Under the pieces are notes generated by a model that was not told the DNA's origin, ran no database searches, and was given only the letters and a program-made list of their open reading frames with translations. Made by a program: the position numbers and the translations under genes. A stretch of 64,000 nt of DNA from an uncultured bacterium (GTDB lineage: Bacteria; CAIWAD01): contig CAIWAD010000172.1 in the NCBI GenBank assembly GCA_903910645.1, forward strand, positions 11,495 through 75,494, written 5' to 3'. Positions 1 to 8,574 of this stretch are shown in pieces. Each line of letters opens with the position of its first letter. Within the stretch, counting starts at the first letter, position 1.

Positions 1-761
1 AGGGCCACATGCTGCACGCCGGCGCCACCGTGGAACTCCACATACTCCTGGATCTGACTCTTCTTCAGCCCGGGGGCGGGTTCGTTGATGGGGAACTTGA
101 TGATGTTGTTGGGCGCCGCCATCACCACGGATCGCAGGGCCGTGTACTCCGTGGAGATGTCCTTGTCGTCGAAGGAAAGGAAGCGGCGGAAGCCCAGCAC
201 CTTTTCGTACCAGGCGGCCCACTCCTCCATCTGGCCTTCCTCCTGGTTGCCCACCACATGGTCCACCATGCGGAAGCCCACGCCCTCGCCGGGCAGGTCC
301 TGGGCCGTGAAACCGGGCAGGAAGGGGCCCGTGTAATCCAGATGCTGGATGAAGCTGTGCACCGTGTCGCCATAGATCTGCACCACTGCGCGCAGCACGG
401 CACCGTTGTGGTCGCGCTCCTCCACGGGCTCCTGCACGGCGGTGGCGCCATTGGCCACGGCCAGGTGGAAGGCCTCGGCGCAATCGTCCACCTCAAAGGC
501 CAGATCGCACACGCCGTCGCCATGGCGGGCCAGGAAGCGGCTGATGGCATTCTCCCGCGGACTAAGGGAAGCGGTGAGCACCAGGCGCACCTTGCCCTGG
601 GCCATCACGAAGGAACAATGCTCCTGGCAGCCCGTCTCCAGACCCTTGAATGCGGAGCGGGAAAAGCCGAAGGCCTTGCGGTAGTAGTACTCGGCCTGCA
701 GGGCATTGCCCACATAGAACTCCACATGGTGCAGGCGGCGCAGCTGGGGATGCTCTCCCAT
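1..761 (-). CDS. hppD: 4-hydroxyphenylpyruvate dioxygenase (partial; C-terminus runs off the window start)
   Basis: Not in the ORF track because it has no in-window stop. My translation from the ATG at 761 gives MGEHPQLRRLHHVEFYVGNALQAEYYYRKAFGF...DHVVGNQEEGQMEEWAAWYEKVLGFRRFLSFDDKDISTEYTALRSVVM...IKFPINEPAPGLKKSQIQEYVEFHGGAGVQHVA, which carries hallmark HPPD motifs. GGAG lies 8 nt upstream of the ATG. Confidence 0.9.
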   Translation of the reverse strand, partial: MGEHPQLRRLHHVEFYVGNALQAEYYYRKAFGFSRSAFKGLETGCQEHCSFVMAQGKVRLVLTASLSPRENAISRFLARHGDGVCDLAFEVDDCAEAFHLAVANGATAVQEPVEERDHNGAVLRAVVQIYGDTVHSFIQHLDYTGPFLPGFTAQDLPGEGVGFRMVDHVVGNQEEGQMEEWAAWYEKVLGFRRFLSFDDKDISTEYTALRSVVMAAPNNIIKFPINEPAPGLKKSQIQEYVEFHGGAGVQHVA

Positions 762-798
762 CACGATCTCCACTCTTGTTGGTTGTTGTGCGTTTTCA

Positions 799-1158
799 TC
801 AAAGGGCCAGAAGGCCCAGGGCCACCCAGGCCGCCAGCAGCGCCACTCCACCCAGGGGTGTGACCGCACCCAGCCAGCGCTGGCCGCTCAAGGCCATGGC
901 GTACAGGCTTCCACTGAACAGCAGGATGCCCAGGATGAACAGGATGCCGGCGATGCGGGCGGTGCGAGAGGGCTCGGGCAGAAGGCCCAGAGCCAGGAGC
1001 GGCACTGTGTGGATGGCCTGGTAAAGCACAGCGGTGCGCCACCAGTCCGTGGCCTGGACTGTTAGAGTCTCTTTCAGGGCATGGGCGCCAAAGGCCCCCA
1101 GCGCCACCGCCAGGAATCCATTCACCGCGGCGGCCAGCCAGAATGCGTTCAGTTGCAC
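799..1158 (-). CDS. DUF423 domain membrane protein
   Basis: 119 aa from the GTG at 1158 within ORF 799..1296. It shows the GAFGAHAL motif and four hydrophobic helices. The start overlaps the upstream gene stop by 10 nt. Confidence 0.75.
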   Translation of the reverse strand: MQLNAFWLAAAVNGFLAVALGAFGAHALKETLTVQATDWWRTAVLYQAIHTVPLLALGLLPEPSRTARIAGILFILGILLFSGSLYAMALSGQRWLGAVTPLGGVALLAAWVALGLLAL

Positions 1159-2945
1159 AGTGCCAATCCCCTTTCCACCAGTTGCGCCGCCTCTGGACCG
1201 GTGGCGGCGTAGTGATTCAACCAGGCCAACAGGGAATCCCGGCGGGCGGGCGGCAGGCATTCGCCGAACTCCACCAGCTCCAGGCGCAGCAGCCAATCCT
1301 GGGGATGCAGGCGCTCCAACTCGTCGGCCACGGCCTCCAGTCGGCAGCAGGCTTCGCTGGAACGGTCGCCGGATTCCCGCAGGGCACGCACCTCGCCGTA
1401 GAGCTCGGCCAAGCGGCGCTTCGCCTCATCCATGTTGCTCTTCATCTCCGGTCGCACGGCGGGAAGGTCCTGGGCGTCCACCAGACGGTCCGCCCAGCCG
1501 CCGCAAACCGACTCCACCGCAAGGGCGCAAGCCAGGTCGAAGTGGCCCCAGGCGGGGTCGAAGAGCAGTTCGTCGTCCCAGGTGAGGCGGCAATCGTCGA
1601 AGCGGACAAGACGGTTGCGGCCATCGGCCTCCATGATCTCTGTCAGGCGGCCTTCCAGCACGATGCCGGAGGCGAAGTGCATGCGACCCGTGCGGCCTTC
1701 GCCAAATCCCAAGGCGTGCAGTTCCTGGGCCGTCAAGGTGGCGGCGCCCTCCTGGCGGCCTTCAAGCGGACCCATGGGCATGCTGAAGCCATGGGCATGG
1801 CTGTCCCGGCCGTGGCCGCGCAGGGGCTCGTCGTCGGCGCTGAGCAGCACGGGCCCGCTCCAGCGCAGGAAGGCCGGCCGGCCGGCCTTGTCCAGACGCA
1901 GATCCTGCAACACGCCGCCCACCTGCAGGCCGCCATCCAGCCGTGTGGTGGTGGGAGCCTTGGCCTTCTGCGCCTTCTCCAGCGCCTCCAATCCGCCCCG
2001 GCGGTGGGCCATGCCCTGGGCATAGCGCTCAAGCACGGTCATGAGATGGGGGAAATCCGGTGTGACAAAAAGCTGGGGTTGCGGCTTGGTGATATCGTAG
2101 CCCTGGTGCACGCAGCTTTCGTCCAACAGAACGCGACGCACGCGGGGATCCAGGCAGCTCCAGCTTTCTCCGGCGGAGGAGAGAAGACCGGCGCCATAGA
2201 TGCGCGGATCCTCCAGGCTGCCCACCAGGCCGTACTCCACCGTCCACCAGTACATGCGGCTCAGCTCGGCGGCCTCGCTGATCCAGTCCACCTGGGCGGC
2301 GGTGTGGTCCAGCATGGCCTCAGCCTCCTCAACCTGCCGGGTTGTGGCGGCGGGATCCTCCTTCACCTCGCTCAGGTGGCGGATGGCGCGGTACATGGCC
2401 ATGTCCTGGCTGCTGTAGATGGCCAGGCGGCTGATTTCGCCATAAGCGCGCAGGTAATCGCTGTAATGCGGATCCGCGATGATGGGGGCGTGGCCCGCCG
2501 CCTCGTGCACCACATCCGGTGCCGGCGTGTAGAGGATGTGATCCATCTGGCGCATGTCGCAGGCAATGGGCAGAATGCCCAGGCTCTGGAACTCCATGAA
2601 GGTCTGGGGCGGGATGAAGCCGGACACCGCCACGGCGCGCCAGCCGATGGCCCGCATCTTCTCGTCCATTTCACCAATGAGCGGAATGCGCTCCACGTCA
2701 ATGCCCGTGCGGCGCAGGCCATCCATGTAGGCTTCGTGGGCGGCCTTGGCGAAGAAGGCGCCGTTCACGCGCAGGATGTAGCGCCAGGCGGCGTGATCCA
2801 TGGGCGTGTAAAGCTCCGGGCGCTGCTCCACGATCCAGGCCTGCAGATGGGACGGAATATCCACGATGGCCTCCCTCCGCTTGATGGCACGCGCTTCCCG
2901 TGCGGGCGCAGGGTCGGCCTGCAGGGAGCTTGTCCCCGAATCCAT
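1149..2945 (-). CDS. aromatic amino acid hydroxylase (phenylalanine-4-hydroxylase-like), long form with a C-terminal extension
   Basis: ORF of 598 aa. It carries the biopterin-dependent hydroxylase iron-site motif PDVVHEAAGHAPII and GC3-biased codons. It is co-directional with hppD. Confidence 0.8.
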   Translation of the reverse strand: MDSGTSSLQADPAPAREARAIKRREAIVDIPSHLQAWIVEQRPELYTPMDHAAWRYILRVNGAFFAKAAHEAYMDGLRRTGIDVERIPLIGEMDEKMRAIGWRAVAVSGFIPPQTFMEFQSLGILPIACDMRQMDHILYTPAPDVVHEAAGHAPIIADPHYSDYLRAYGEISRLAIYSSQDMAMYRAIRHLSEVKEDPAATTRQVEEAEAMLDHTAAQVDWISEAAELSRMYWWTVEYGLVGSLEDPRIYGAGLLSSAGESWSCLDPRVRRVLLDESCVHQGYDITKPQPQLFVTPDFPHLMTVLERYAQGMAHRRGGLEALEKAQKAKAPTTTRLDGGLQVGGVLQDLRLDKAGRPAFLRWSGPVLLSADDEPLRGHGRDSHAHGFSMPMGPLEGRQEGAATLTAQELHALGFGEGRTGRMHFASGIVLEGRLTEIMEADGRNRLVRFDDCRLTWDDELLFDPAWGHFDLACALAVESVCGGWADRLVDAQDLPAVRPEMKSNMDEAKRRLAELYGEVRALRESGDRSSEACCRLEAVADELERLHPQDWLLRLELVEFGECLPPARRDSLLAWLNHYAATGPEAAQLVERGLALCN

Positions 2946-3135
2946 ATGGGCTCCAGTGCGCTTGAAGTAGGATGGGCTTCAGCCCATCCGTGGGTGACGA
3001 TGAGGGCTCGCGCCGTGCGGAACATCCATGACCATCCCGCTGTGCGGCACCCCATTGAAAATAGGGAGAGGGCCGTGGGGCGGCAACGCACCATGCCGAG
3101 GGAATGGGTTAATTCATCAACACGCATAGCCGCCG

Positions 3136-3957
3136 TCAATTGACGCTTGGCGTCTCCGGCAACCCTGCTTCCCCGCGAAAGAGACCCTCCCTGTCCACCA
3201 GGCGCCAGTGCAGCAGACGCAGGGCCAGCCACGCGCTAAGGCTGACGGACGCAAGAATGGCCAGCATGATCATCATCTGGTAACCAATGGCCGTGGCCGG
3301 CGGGCTCCCGCCCAGGATCTGCCCGGTCATCATGCCGGGAATGGACACAAGACCGATGGTGGCAGTGGTGTTCAGCGTGGGCAGCAGGGCCAGTCGCAGG
3401 GCCCCGCTGGAAAAACGACGGCGTGCTTCGTCCACCGAAGCCCCCAGGCCCAGCAGGAGATCCCATTCCCGACGGCCTTCCGCCCCCAACAGTCGGGCGG
3501 ACTGCTTTTCCAGCGCCAGCGTTATGCCGTTCATGGAATTGCCCAGGATCATGCCGCCCAGGGGAATGGCATACCGTGCGTACAGGAGCGGATGAGGACG
3601 CACCACCACGGCCAGGCAATAGGCCAGCACCGTGCCGCCTCCGGCGCACAGGACTGCCAGCAGCATCAAGGGAAGGCCGGGAAGCTTCAAGCCCGTGCGG
3701 CTCAAAATGGTGTGGGCCGCCGCACCCTGCATCACCAGCAGCCAGCCCACGGTAAGCAGGGAGTGGTTTACGCGGAACAGGACCTCCAGCACCAGACCCA
3801 GGGCCGACAGCTGCAGCACCATGCGGGCCAGGGCGCCCAGCAGTTGCTTTCCCAAAGGCAGGCGCATGTCGTGGAAAACCCACAAAGGCGCCAGAGCCAG
3901 CAGAAAGGCCAGCCCCAAGCCCAGCATGCCCAGCTCGGCGACGCCTTCAGTTTTCAT
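3136..3957 (-). CDS. fetB: UPF0014/FetB-type ABC exporter permease
   Basis: 273-aa polytopic membrane ORF (…IPLGGMILGNSMNGITLALE…GLVSIPGMMTGQILGG…). It overlaps the upstream ATPase gene by 11 nt. Confidence 0.75.
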   Translation of the reverse strand: MKTEGVAELGMLGLGLAFLLALAPLWVFHDMRLPLGKQLLGALARMVLQLSALGLVLEVLFRVNHSLLTVGWLLVMQGAAAHTILSRTGLKLPGLPLMLLAVLCAGGGTVLAYCLAVVVRPHPLLYARYAIPLGGMILGNSMNGITLALEKQSARLLGAEGRREWDLLLGLGASVDEARRRFSSGALRLALLPTLNTTATIGLVSIPGMMTGQILGGSPPATAIGYQMMIMLAILASVSLSAWLALRLLHWRLVDREGLFRGEAGLPETPSVN

Positions 3958-4612
3958 GAAGCGCCCCCTGCCTCAACTCAAAGCGTTGGGCGCAGGCCTC
4001 CGCCCAACGCTCCTCGTGGCTGACCACCACCACCGGCGGCCGCCCCGCCGCCATTACGGCGGACATCACCAGGTTGGCCGCCGCTTCGTCCAGACCCGCC
4101 GTGGGTTCATCCAGGAGCAGCAGATCCAGGGGGAGCAGCAACCCACGCAGCAGGGCCGCACGCAGGGTTTCGCCACCACTCAGTCGGGAAGGATCCTGAT
4201 CCAGGGGAAGATCCAGGCCCAACTGGCGCAGGCCCTCCTGCAACTGGTCTTCCGATGGCAAGGCCAGTCCGCGCAGACTGAGTCCCAGGCAAAGACTCTC
4301 CCGCAGACTGGCTCCTTTCAGCAATGGCCGCTGATCCACCATGTGCGCAATCAGTCGATGCTCCGCCAGCCGCCCTTCCAGCGACAGGCCCTGCCAGGTA
4401 ATGCTCCCGCCTCGCGGACGGGCAAGTCCAGCCATGAGGCGCAGTAGGGAACTCTTGCCACTTCCCGAGGCACCGCGCAGCAGCAGGCCCTGCCGGGGAT
4501 CCAATCCCAGGCTGAGCGGCCCCGCCAGAATGCGGGGACCGGGGGCCAGTACAAGCTTGTGCAGTTGAAACACCTGACCGCTCCTAATGCAATCCAAACA
4601 TTGGAACTTCAC
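3947..4612 (-). CDS. fetA: ABC transporter ATP-binding protein (FetA/YbbL-like)
   Basis: Walker A GASGSGKS, ABC signature LSGGE and Walker B LLLLDEP are all present. It is paired with the UPF0014 permease. Confidence 0.8.
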   Translation of the reverse strand: MKFQCLDCIRSGQVFQLHKLVLAPGPRILAGPLSLGLDPRQGLLLRGASGSGKSSLLRLMAGLARPRGGSITWQGLSLEGRLAEHRLIAHMVDQRPLLKGASLRESLCLGLSLRGLALPSEDQLQEGLRQLGLDLPLDQDPSRLSGGETLRAALLRGLLLPLDLLLLDEPTAGLDEAAANLVMSAVMAAGRPPVVVVSHEERWAEACAQRFELRQGALHEN

Positions 4613-4667
4613 CCTCGGGCGCGGGGCATTGCAGCCCCAAATTCGTCAATCCAGTCGGGAGCGACAC

Positions 4668-5369
4668 ATGGACAAGCTGGACATCCTGGTGGTGGAGGAC
4701 GAGCCCGATATCCTGGAACTCCTTCGTCATGTGTTGGAGAAGGACGGCCACATGGTGCGCACGGCGGAAACGGGCGAAGAGGCCCTGCAGAAGCTGCGCA
4801 TGGCAACGCCACAACTGCTGTTGCTGGATTTGATGCTCCCCGGCATGGACGGTCTTGAGCTGTGCCGCCGCGTGCGCCAGAACCCGGACACGAGGGATCT
4901 GCCGGTGATCATGCTCACTGCCCGTGGCGAGGAGAATGATGTGGTGGCGGGCCTGAACCTGGGCGCCGATGACTACATCACCAAACCGTTCAGCCCCCGC
5001 GTGCTCATGGCCCGCCTGCAGGCGGTCATCCGCCGCCGCCATGAAGAAAAGACACCGGCAGTGGAGCTGGAAGTTATGCGTCGCGGTCCCCTCACCCTTC
5101 ATCGGGGCCGGCGTGAAGTGCTGGTGGATGGCCAGCTCCTTGGACTTACCTGGAGCGAGTTCCAAATCCTTGCCCTGCTGGCGGCGCGGCCAGGCTGGGT
5201 TTTCACCCGCTATCAGATTGTGGACGCCGTGCGTGGCGAGGACTATGATGTGACCGAGCGTGCGGTGGATGTGCACATGGTGGGCTTGCGCCGCAAACTG
5301 GGCATCCATGGTCAACTTCTGGAGACCGTGCGCGGTGTGGGTTACCGTTTCCAGGACACGGAATTCTAG
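4668..5369 (+). CDS. OmpR/PhoB-family response regulator (no kinase nearby)
   Basis: Internal ATG of ORF 4587..5369. Receiver motifs are ILVVEDEPDI, LLLLDLMLPGMDG and DDYITKPF. The winged-helix C-terminus ends RGVGYRF. Confidence 0.9.
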   Translation: MDKLDILVVEDEPDILELLRHVLEKDGHMVRTAETGEEALQKLRMATPQLLLLDLMLPGMDGLELCRRVRQNPDTRDLPVIMLTARGEENDVVAGLNLGADDYITKPFSPRVLMARLQAVIRRRHEEKTPAVELEVMRRGPLTLHRGRREVLVDGQLLGLTWSEFQILALLAARPGWVFTRYQIVDAVRGEDYDVTERAVDVHMVGLRRKLGIHGQLLETVRGVGYRFQDTEF

Positions 5370-5459
5370 ACTTGACCCAGGCCCGCCCGGGCCACGGCCT
5401 CATTGCTACCTTCCATCCAACAACGCGATGAATGGCGGCCAGTCCGCCGGGAAGGTTTC

Positions 5460-5936
5460 ATGACGCCCGATCCCATCTCCCTTGTCCTCAGCTCCAGCCA
5501 GGAGATGTACCTGAAGACCATCTTCCTTCTGTGTGAGGAGCAAAAGGTGGCCCGCGTGAAGGACATCGCGGCCAATTTGAATGTGACCATGTCCTCGGTG
5601 AACGGGGCCATCAAGGGTCTCACGGATCGAGGCTTCTGCCGCCACAGCCGCTACGGCTATGTGGATCTCACGGACGAAGGCCGGGATCTTGCCCTTGCCG
5701 TGCTGGACAAGTACCGCGTGCTGACGCGCTTCCTCCACGAGATCCTGGGAGTGGATTCCCGCACGGCGGACGCCGACGCCTGCGAAATGGAGCACATTGT
5801 CACGCCCCAGACCCTGGACCGCATCGGCACATTCCTGGATTTCATCGACGAGGGGGGAAAAGAATCCGCCCAGTGGGTGAGGCGCTACCGCGATTTCCTG
5901 GAGAGGCGCTTGAAGGACGAAAGCGCCGAGGGCTGA
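5460..5936 (+). CDS. DtxR/MntR-family metal-dependent transcriptional repressor
   Basis: Internal ATG of ORF 5403..5936. The sequence SQEMYLKTIFLL...ARVKDIAANLNVTMSSVNGAIKGL...LTDEGRDLALAVLDKYRVLTRFL...CEMEH matches the DtxR family HTH plus dimerisation/metal domain layout. Confidence 0.85.
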   Translation: MTPDPISLVLSSSQEMYLKTIFLLCEEQKVARVKDIAANLNVTMSSVNGAIKGLTDRGFCRHSRYGYVDLTDEGRDLALAVLDKYRVLTRFLHEILGVDSRTADADACEMEHIVTPQTLDRIGTFLDFIDEGGKESAQWVRRYRDFLERRLKDESAEG

Positions 5937-6039
5937 AGCCTCGGACAGAACGGGGTCTTCTTGGGATTTCGCCCCCTTGGATGCCGCAGTGCGGCCGTGA
6001 CCATGGGCAAGCAAAACCCGCCACCAGCCAACAACAAAA

Positions 6040-6061
6040 CAGGGGGCCATCCGGCCCCCTG
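6040..6061. terminator. GC-rich hairpin between convergent genes, likely a bidirectional terminator
   Basis: cagggggcc-atcc-ggccccctg gives a 9-bp stem. On the minus strand it is followed by ttttgttgt. Confidence 0.6.
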
Positions 6062-6159
6062 CTTGTTCCCCAAAGCCACCGCCCGCGCGGGGCGGCCCCT
6101 TCCACTTCATTTCCGCAACAATGCGCCCACCAGGAGCGTCCCCCGGCGGCAGGCGCCTG

Positions 6160-6399
6160 TCAAATTCCCAAGGTGTGCAGCGGCACCAGGCTGAAGAGCC
6201 CCGCCACCAACAGCAGGCCCACTCCCAGGCTGAGCAGCACGGCGCGATCCGGCGCGGCGCCGGGGGCCTTGTCTTCCTGCAGGTGCATTTCGCGCCAGGC
6301 CAAGAGCTGCACGCGGACACCCGACAGCGCGTGGCCCAAGGAATGGTCGTGGTGGTGGCCGAAGGCCTGCTGATGCGTGATGGTGAAATGCCGTGCCAT
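6160..6399 (-). CDS. small His-rich tail-anchored membrane protein (hypothetical)
   Basis: 79 aa: MARHFTITHQQAFGHHHDHSLGH...LLSLGVGLLLVAGLFSLVPL. A GGAGG lies 6 nt upstream of the ATG. GC3 bias is strong and a terminator follows downstream. Confidence 0.6.
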   Translation of the reverse strand: MARHFTITHQQAFGHHHDHSLGHALSGVRVQLLAWREMHLQEDKAPGAAPDRAVLLSLGVGLLLVAGLFSLVPLHTLGI

Positions 6400-6550
6400 G
6401 ATTTCCTCCCCTGTTACGGCAAGGAAGAATGCCAATGGCGTGCCAGAATTCATGCCCTGGAAACGCTTTATCCAACAACGACTTGGCTTGGAAGGAGCAT
6501 CCTGGCATTTTCAGCTTTTGGTGGAAATGCACCAGTCCAAGCTGAAAGAA

Positions 6551-6588
6551 AATGGGGCATTTCACCCAAGTGGTCATAATGCCCCATT
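6551..6588 (-). terminator. candidate rho-independent terminator downstream of the OsmC gene
   Basis: aatggggcat (6551-6560) pairs with atgccccatt (6579-6588), giving a 10-bp stem with an 18-nt loop. On the minus strand it is followed by ttctttc. Confidence 0.45.
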
Positions 6589-6604
6589 CAATTTCAATGA
6601 AGAA

Positions 6605-7006
6605 TCAGCCTTGAATCTCCGCCTTCACCGTGATTTGCGGCGGCTGATGCAGGTGCTGCTTCACCGCGCACAATTCGGCGCTGCGGACAACCGCCTCACG
6701 ATGCTTCTCCGGAAATCCCGCTGGCAGCTGCACGGTGATATGCAGAGCGCCAATGCGGTGGGCGGTGGGATCCGGCACGATCTCCATGGACAAGCCCAGG
6801 CCTTGGGTGTCCAGGCCGCGGGCGTCGCAAAAGCCCTTCACATAGATGCCGGCGCAGGTGGCCATGGATGCCAGAAAGAGGTCGAAGGGCTGGGGCGCGC
6901 TGCCCTCACCGCCACCACGGGGCGACTGGTCGGTGTGGATGGTGAAACCGTTGTAATGGGCGTCCACTTTCTTGCCGCCGGGGAAGCTCACCGTCATCTG
7001 GGCCAT
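6605..7006 (-). CDS. OsmC family protein
   Basis: Internal ATG of ORF 6605..7099. The sequence MAQMTVSFPGGKKVDAHYNGF...PQPFDLFLASMATCAGIYVKGFC...AELCAVKQ is typical of the OsmC/Ohr fold. Confidence 0.8.
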   Translation of the reverse strand: MAQMTVSFPGGKKVDAHYNGFTIHTDQSPRGGGEGSAPQPFDLFLASMATCAGIYVKGFCDARGLDTQGLGLSMEIVPDPTAHRIGALHITVQLPAGFPEKHREAVVRSAELCAVKQHLHQPPQITVKAEIQG

Positions 7007-7348
7007 GGTTCCATCCTTCCTGAAGGGTTCGACTTGCAACCTGCCCTCATTCTCCGTGGCAGGCGGGCACAAGTAAGGGCTTTTATTTCTATTCTGCAAC
7101 TATTTTTCTCTGAAATTGTTGTCCGTAAGAAAGAGCCATCCCCACCCGCATGCTATCATGGCCGCGCCCTGCAGCCAGCGCTGGGCAGAGGATCTGTCTC
7201 CACGGATTGACGGATGATGTAGGGTGATTGCCTTGGCGCCAGGCTGTCCTGCAAGGGCACTGGAGGAAGGCAGGCAACCCGCATCCGGCCTTCCACGGGA
7301 GTGGTCCACCAGGAGCCCCCACACCGTCCACCTACCAACAGGAAAACC

Positions 7349-8572
7349 ATGTCCGGCTCTTCTCCTCTCATCCCTGTGGCGGAGGCCTTCCGCTTGTTCC
7401 AGGCGTCCTGCCCGAAGTGGGGGGAAGAGTCCTTGCCGTTGCCAATGGCACGGGGCCGCGTGCTGGTGCAGGAATTGCGGGCCCAAGAGGATTGGCCGCC
7501 CTTTCCGCGGGTGATGATGGACGGCGTGGCCCTGGACTCCACATCACCAGCGTGGCGAGGGGCCTGGTTGCCGGTGCAAGGCGTGCAGGCGGCGGGGGAT
7601 CCACCTCTGGTGCTGGCCGCGTCCCACATGGCCATTGAAGTGATGACCGGCGCCTTCCTGCCCCAGGGCTGCGATTGTGTGGTACCAGTGGAGGATCTGG
7701 AATTGACCCGGGATGCCGTGCGCCTGCGTCCAGAGGCCCTTGCGCGCCCCGGCCTCCATGTGCACGCGCGGGGCAGCGATGCGCGGCATGGAGATCTGCT
7801 CCTGCCCCGTGGCACTCTCTTGCATGGCCCCGCCTTGGCGGTGGCCGCGGCGGCTGGAGCCAGCCAGGTCCTGGTGGGCCGGAAACCCAGGGTGGTGATT
7901 CTGGCCACTGGCAAGGAGCTGGTTCCCATGGAGGCCACGCCACTTCCCTGGCAGATCCGCGCCAGCAACGGCCCAGCCCTGGTGGCATCCATGGAGCATG
8001 CTGGCTTTCCCGTGCAAGGCCAGGCCCTGCTGGATGACAATCCCGACACGCTGCGCCAGGCCATTTCACAAGCCCTGGACGAGGCGGATGTGCTGGTCCT
8101 TTCCGGCGCGGTGTCCAAGGGGCGCTTCGACCATGTGCCCGCCCTGTTGAAGGATGCAGGCTGCCGCATCCTGTTCCACGGTGTGGCCCAGCGCCCGGGC
8201 AAGCCGCTGCTGGCGGCATTGCGCGAAGGTGGCCGGCCCACCCTGGTCATGGGTCTGCCAGGCAATCCGGTGAGCGCGCTGTGCACGCTCCATCGCTACC
8301 TGCTGCCAGTGCTGGAGCAGCAATTGGGTCTTCCCGCCCGGGAGGCGCCTGTCCGGGTGGCTTCGGATCATCCACGGCACCCGCGCTTCACTCTTTTCCT
8401 CCCCGCCAGGCTGGTGGTGGATGAAACAGGCTGCCGCCACGCCCAGCTGCTCCCCACCTCCAATAGCGGAGACTTCGCGCCCCTGGCGGGCACGCAGGGA
8501 TTTGTGGAGATTGAACCCGGACCGCCACCCCCACCGGAAGGGCGAGTGGCGTCCTTCCATCCCTGGAGTTGA
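7349..8572 (+). CDS. moeA: molybdopterin molybdotransferase
   Basis: Internal ATG of ORF 7301..8572. It begins LIPVAEAFRLF...LPLPMARGRVLVQEL...PPFPRVMMDGVAL and is MoeA-like across all four domains. Confidence 0.9.
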   Translation: MSGSSPLIPVAEAFRLFQASCPKWGEESLPLPMARGRVLVQELRAQEDWPPFPRVMMDGVALDSTSPAWRGAWLPVQGVQAAGDPPLVLAASHMAIEVMTGAFLPQGCDCVVPVEDLELTRDAVRLRPEALARPGLHVHARGSDARHGDLLLPRGTLLHGPALAVAAAAGASQVLVGRKPRVVILATGKELVPMEATPLPWQIRASNGPALVASMEHAGFPVQGQALLDDNPDTLRQAISQALDEADVLVLSGAVSKGRFDHVPALLKDAGCRILFHGVAQRPGKPLLAALREGGRPTLVMGLPGNPVSALCTLHRYLLPVLEQQLGLPAREAPVRVASDHPRHPRFTLFLPARLVVDETGCRHAQLLPTSNSGDFAPLAGTQGFVEIEPGPPPPPEGRVASFHPWS

Positions 8573-8574
8573 CC

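Noticed and set aside
2970-2989. 8-bp-stem hairpin ggatgggc-ttca-gcccatcc in the fetB/hydroxylase spacer
   Set aside because: It has no adjacent U-run on the minus strand and sits about 150 nt from the fetB stop. That is not enough to call it a terminator.
1143-3143. 666-aa plus-strand ORF, and smaller ones, overlapping the hydroxylase gene
   Set aside because: It lies antisense to a gene with clear catalytic motifs. Its composition is dominated by A, G, H, L, Q and R with no recognisable motif. This is typical of a stop-free shadow frame in GC-rich DNA.
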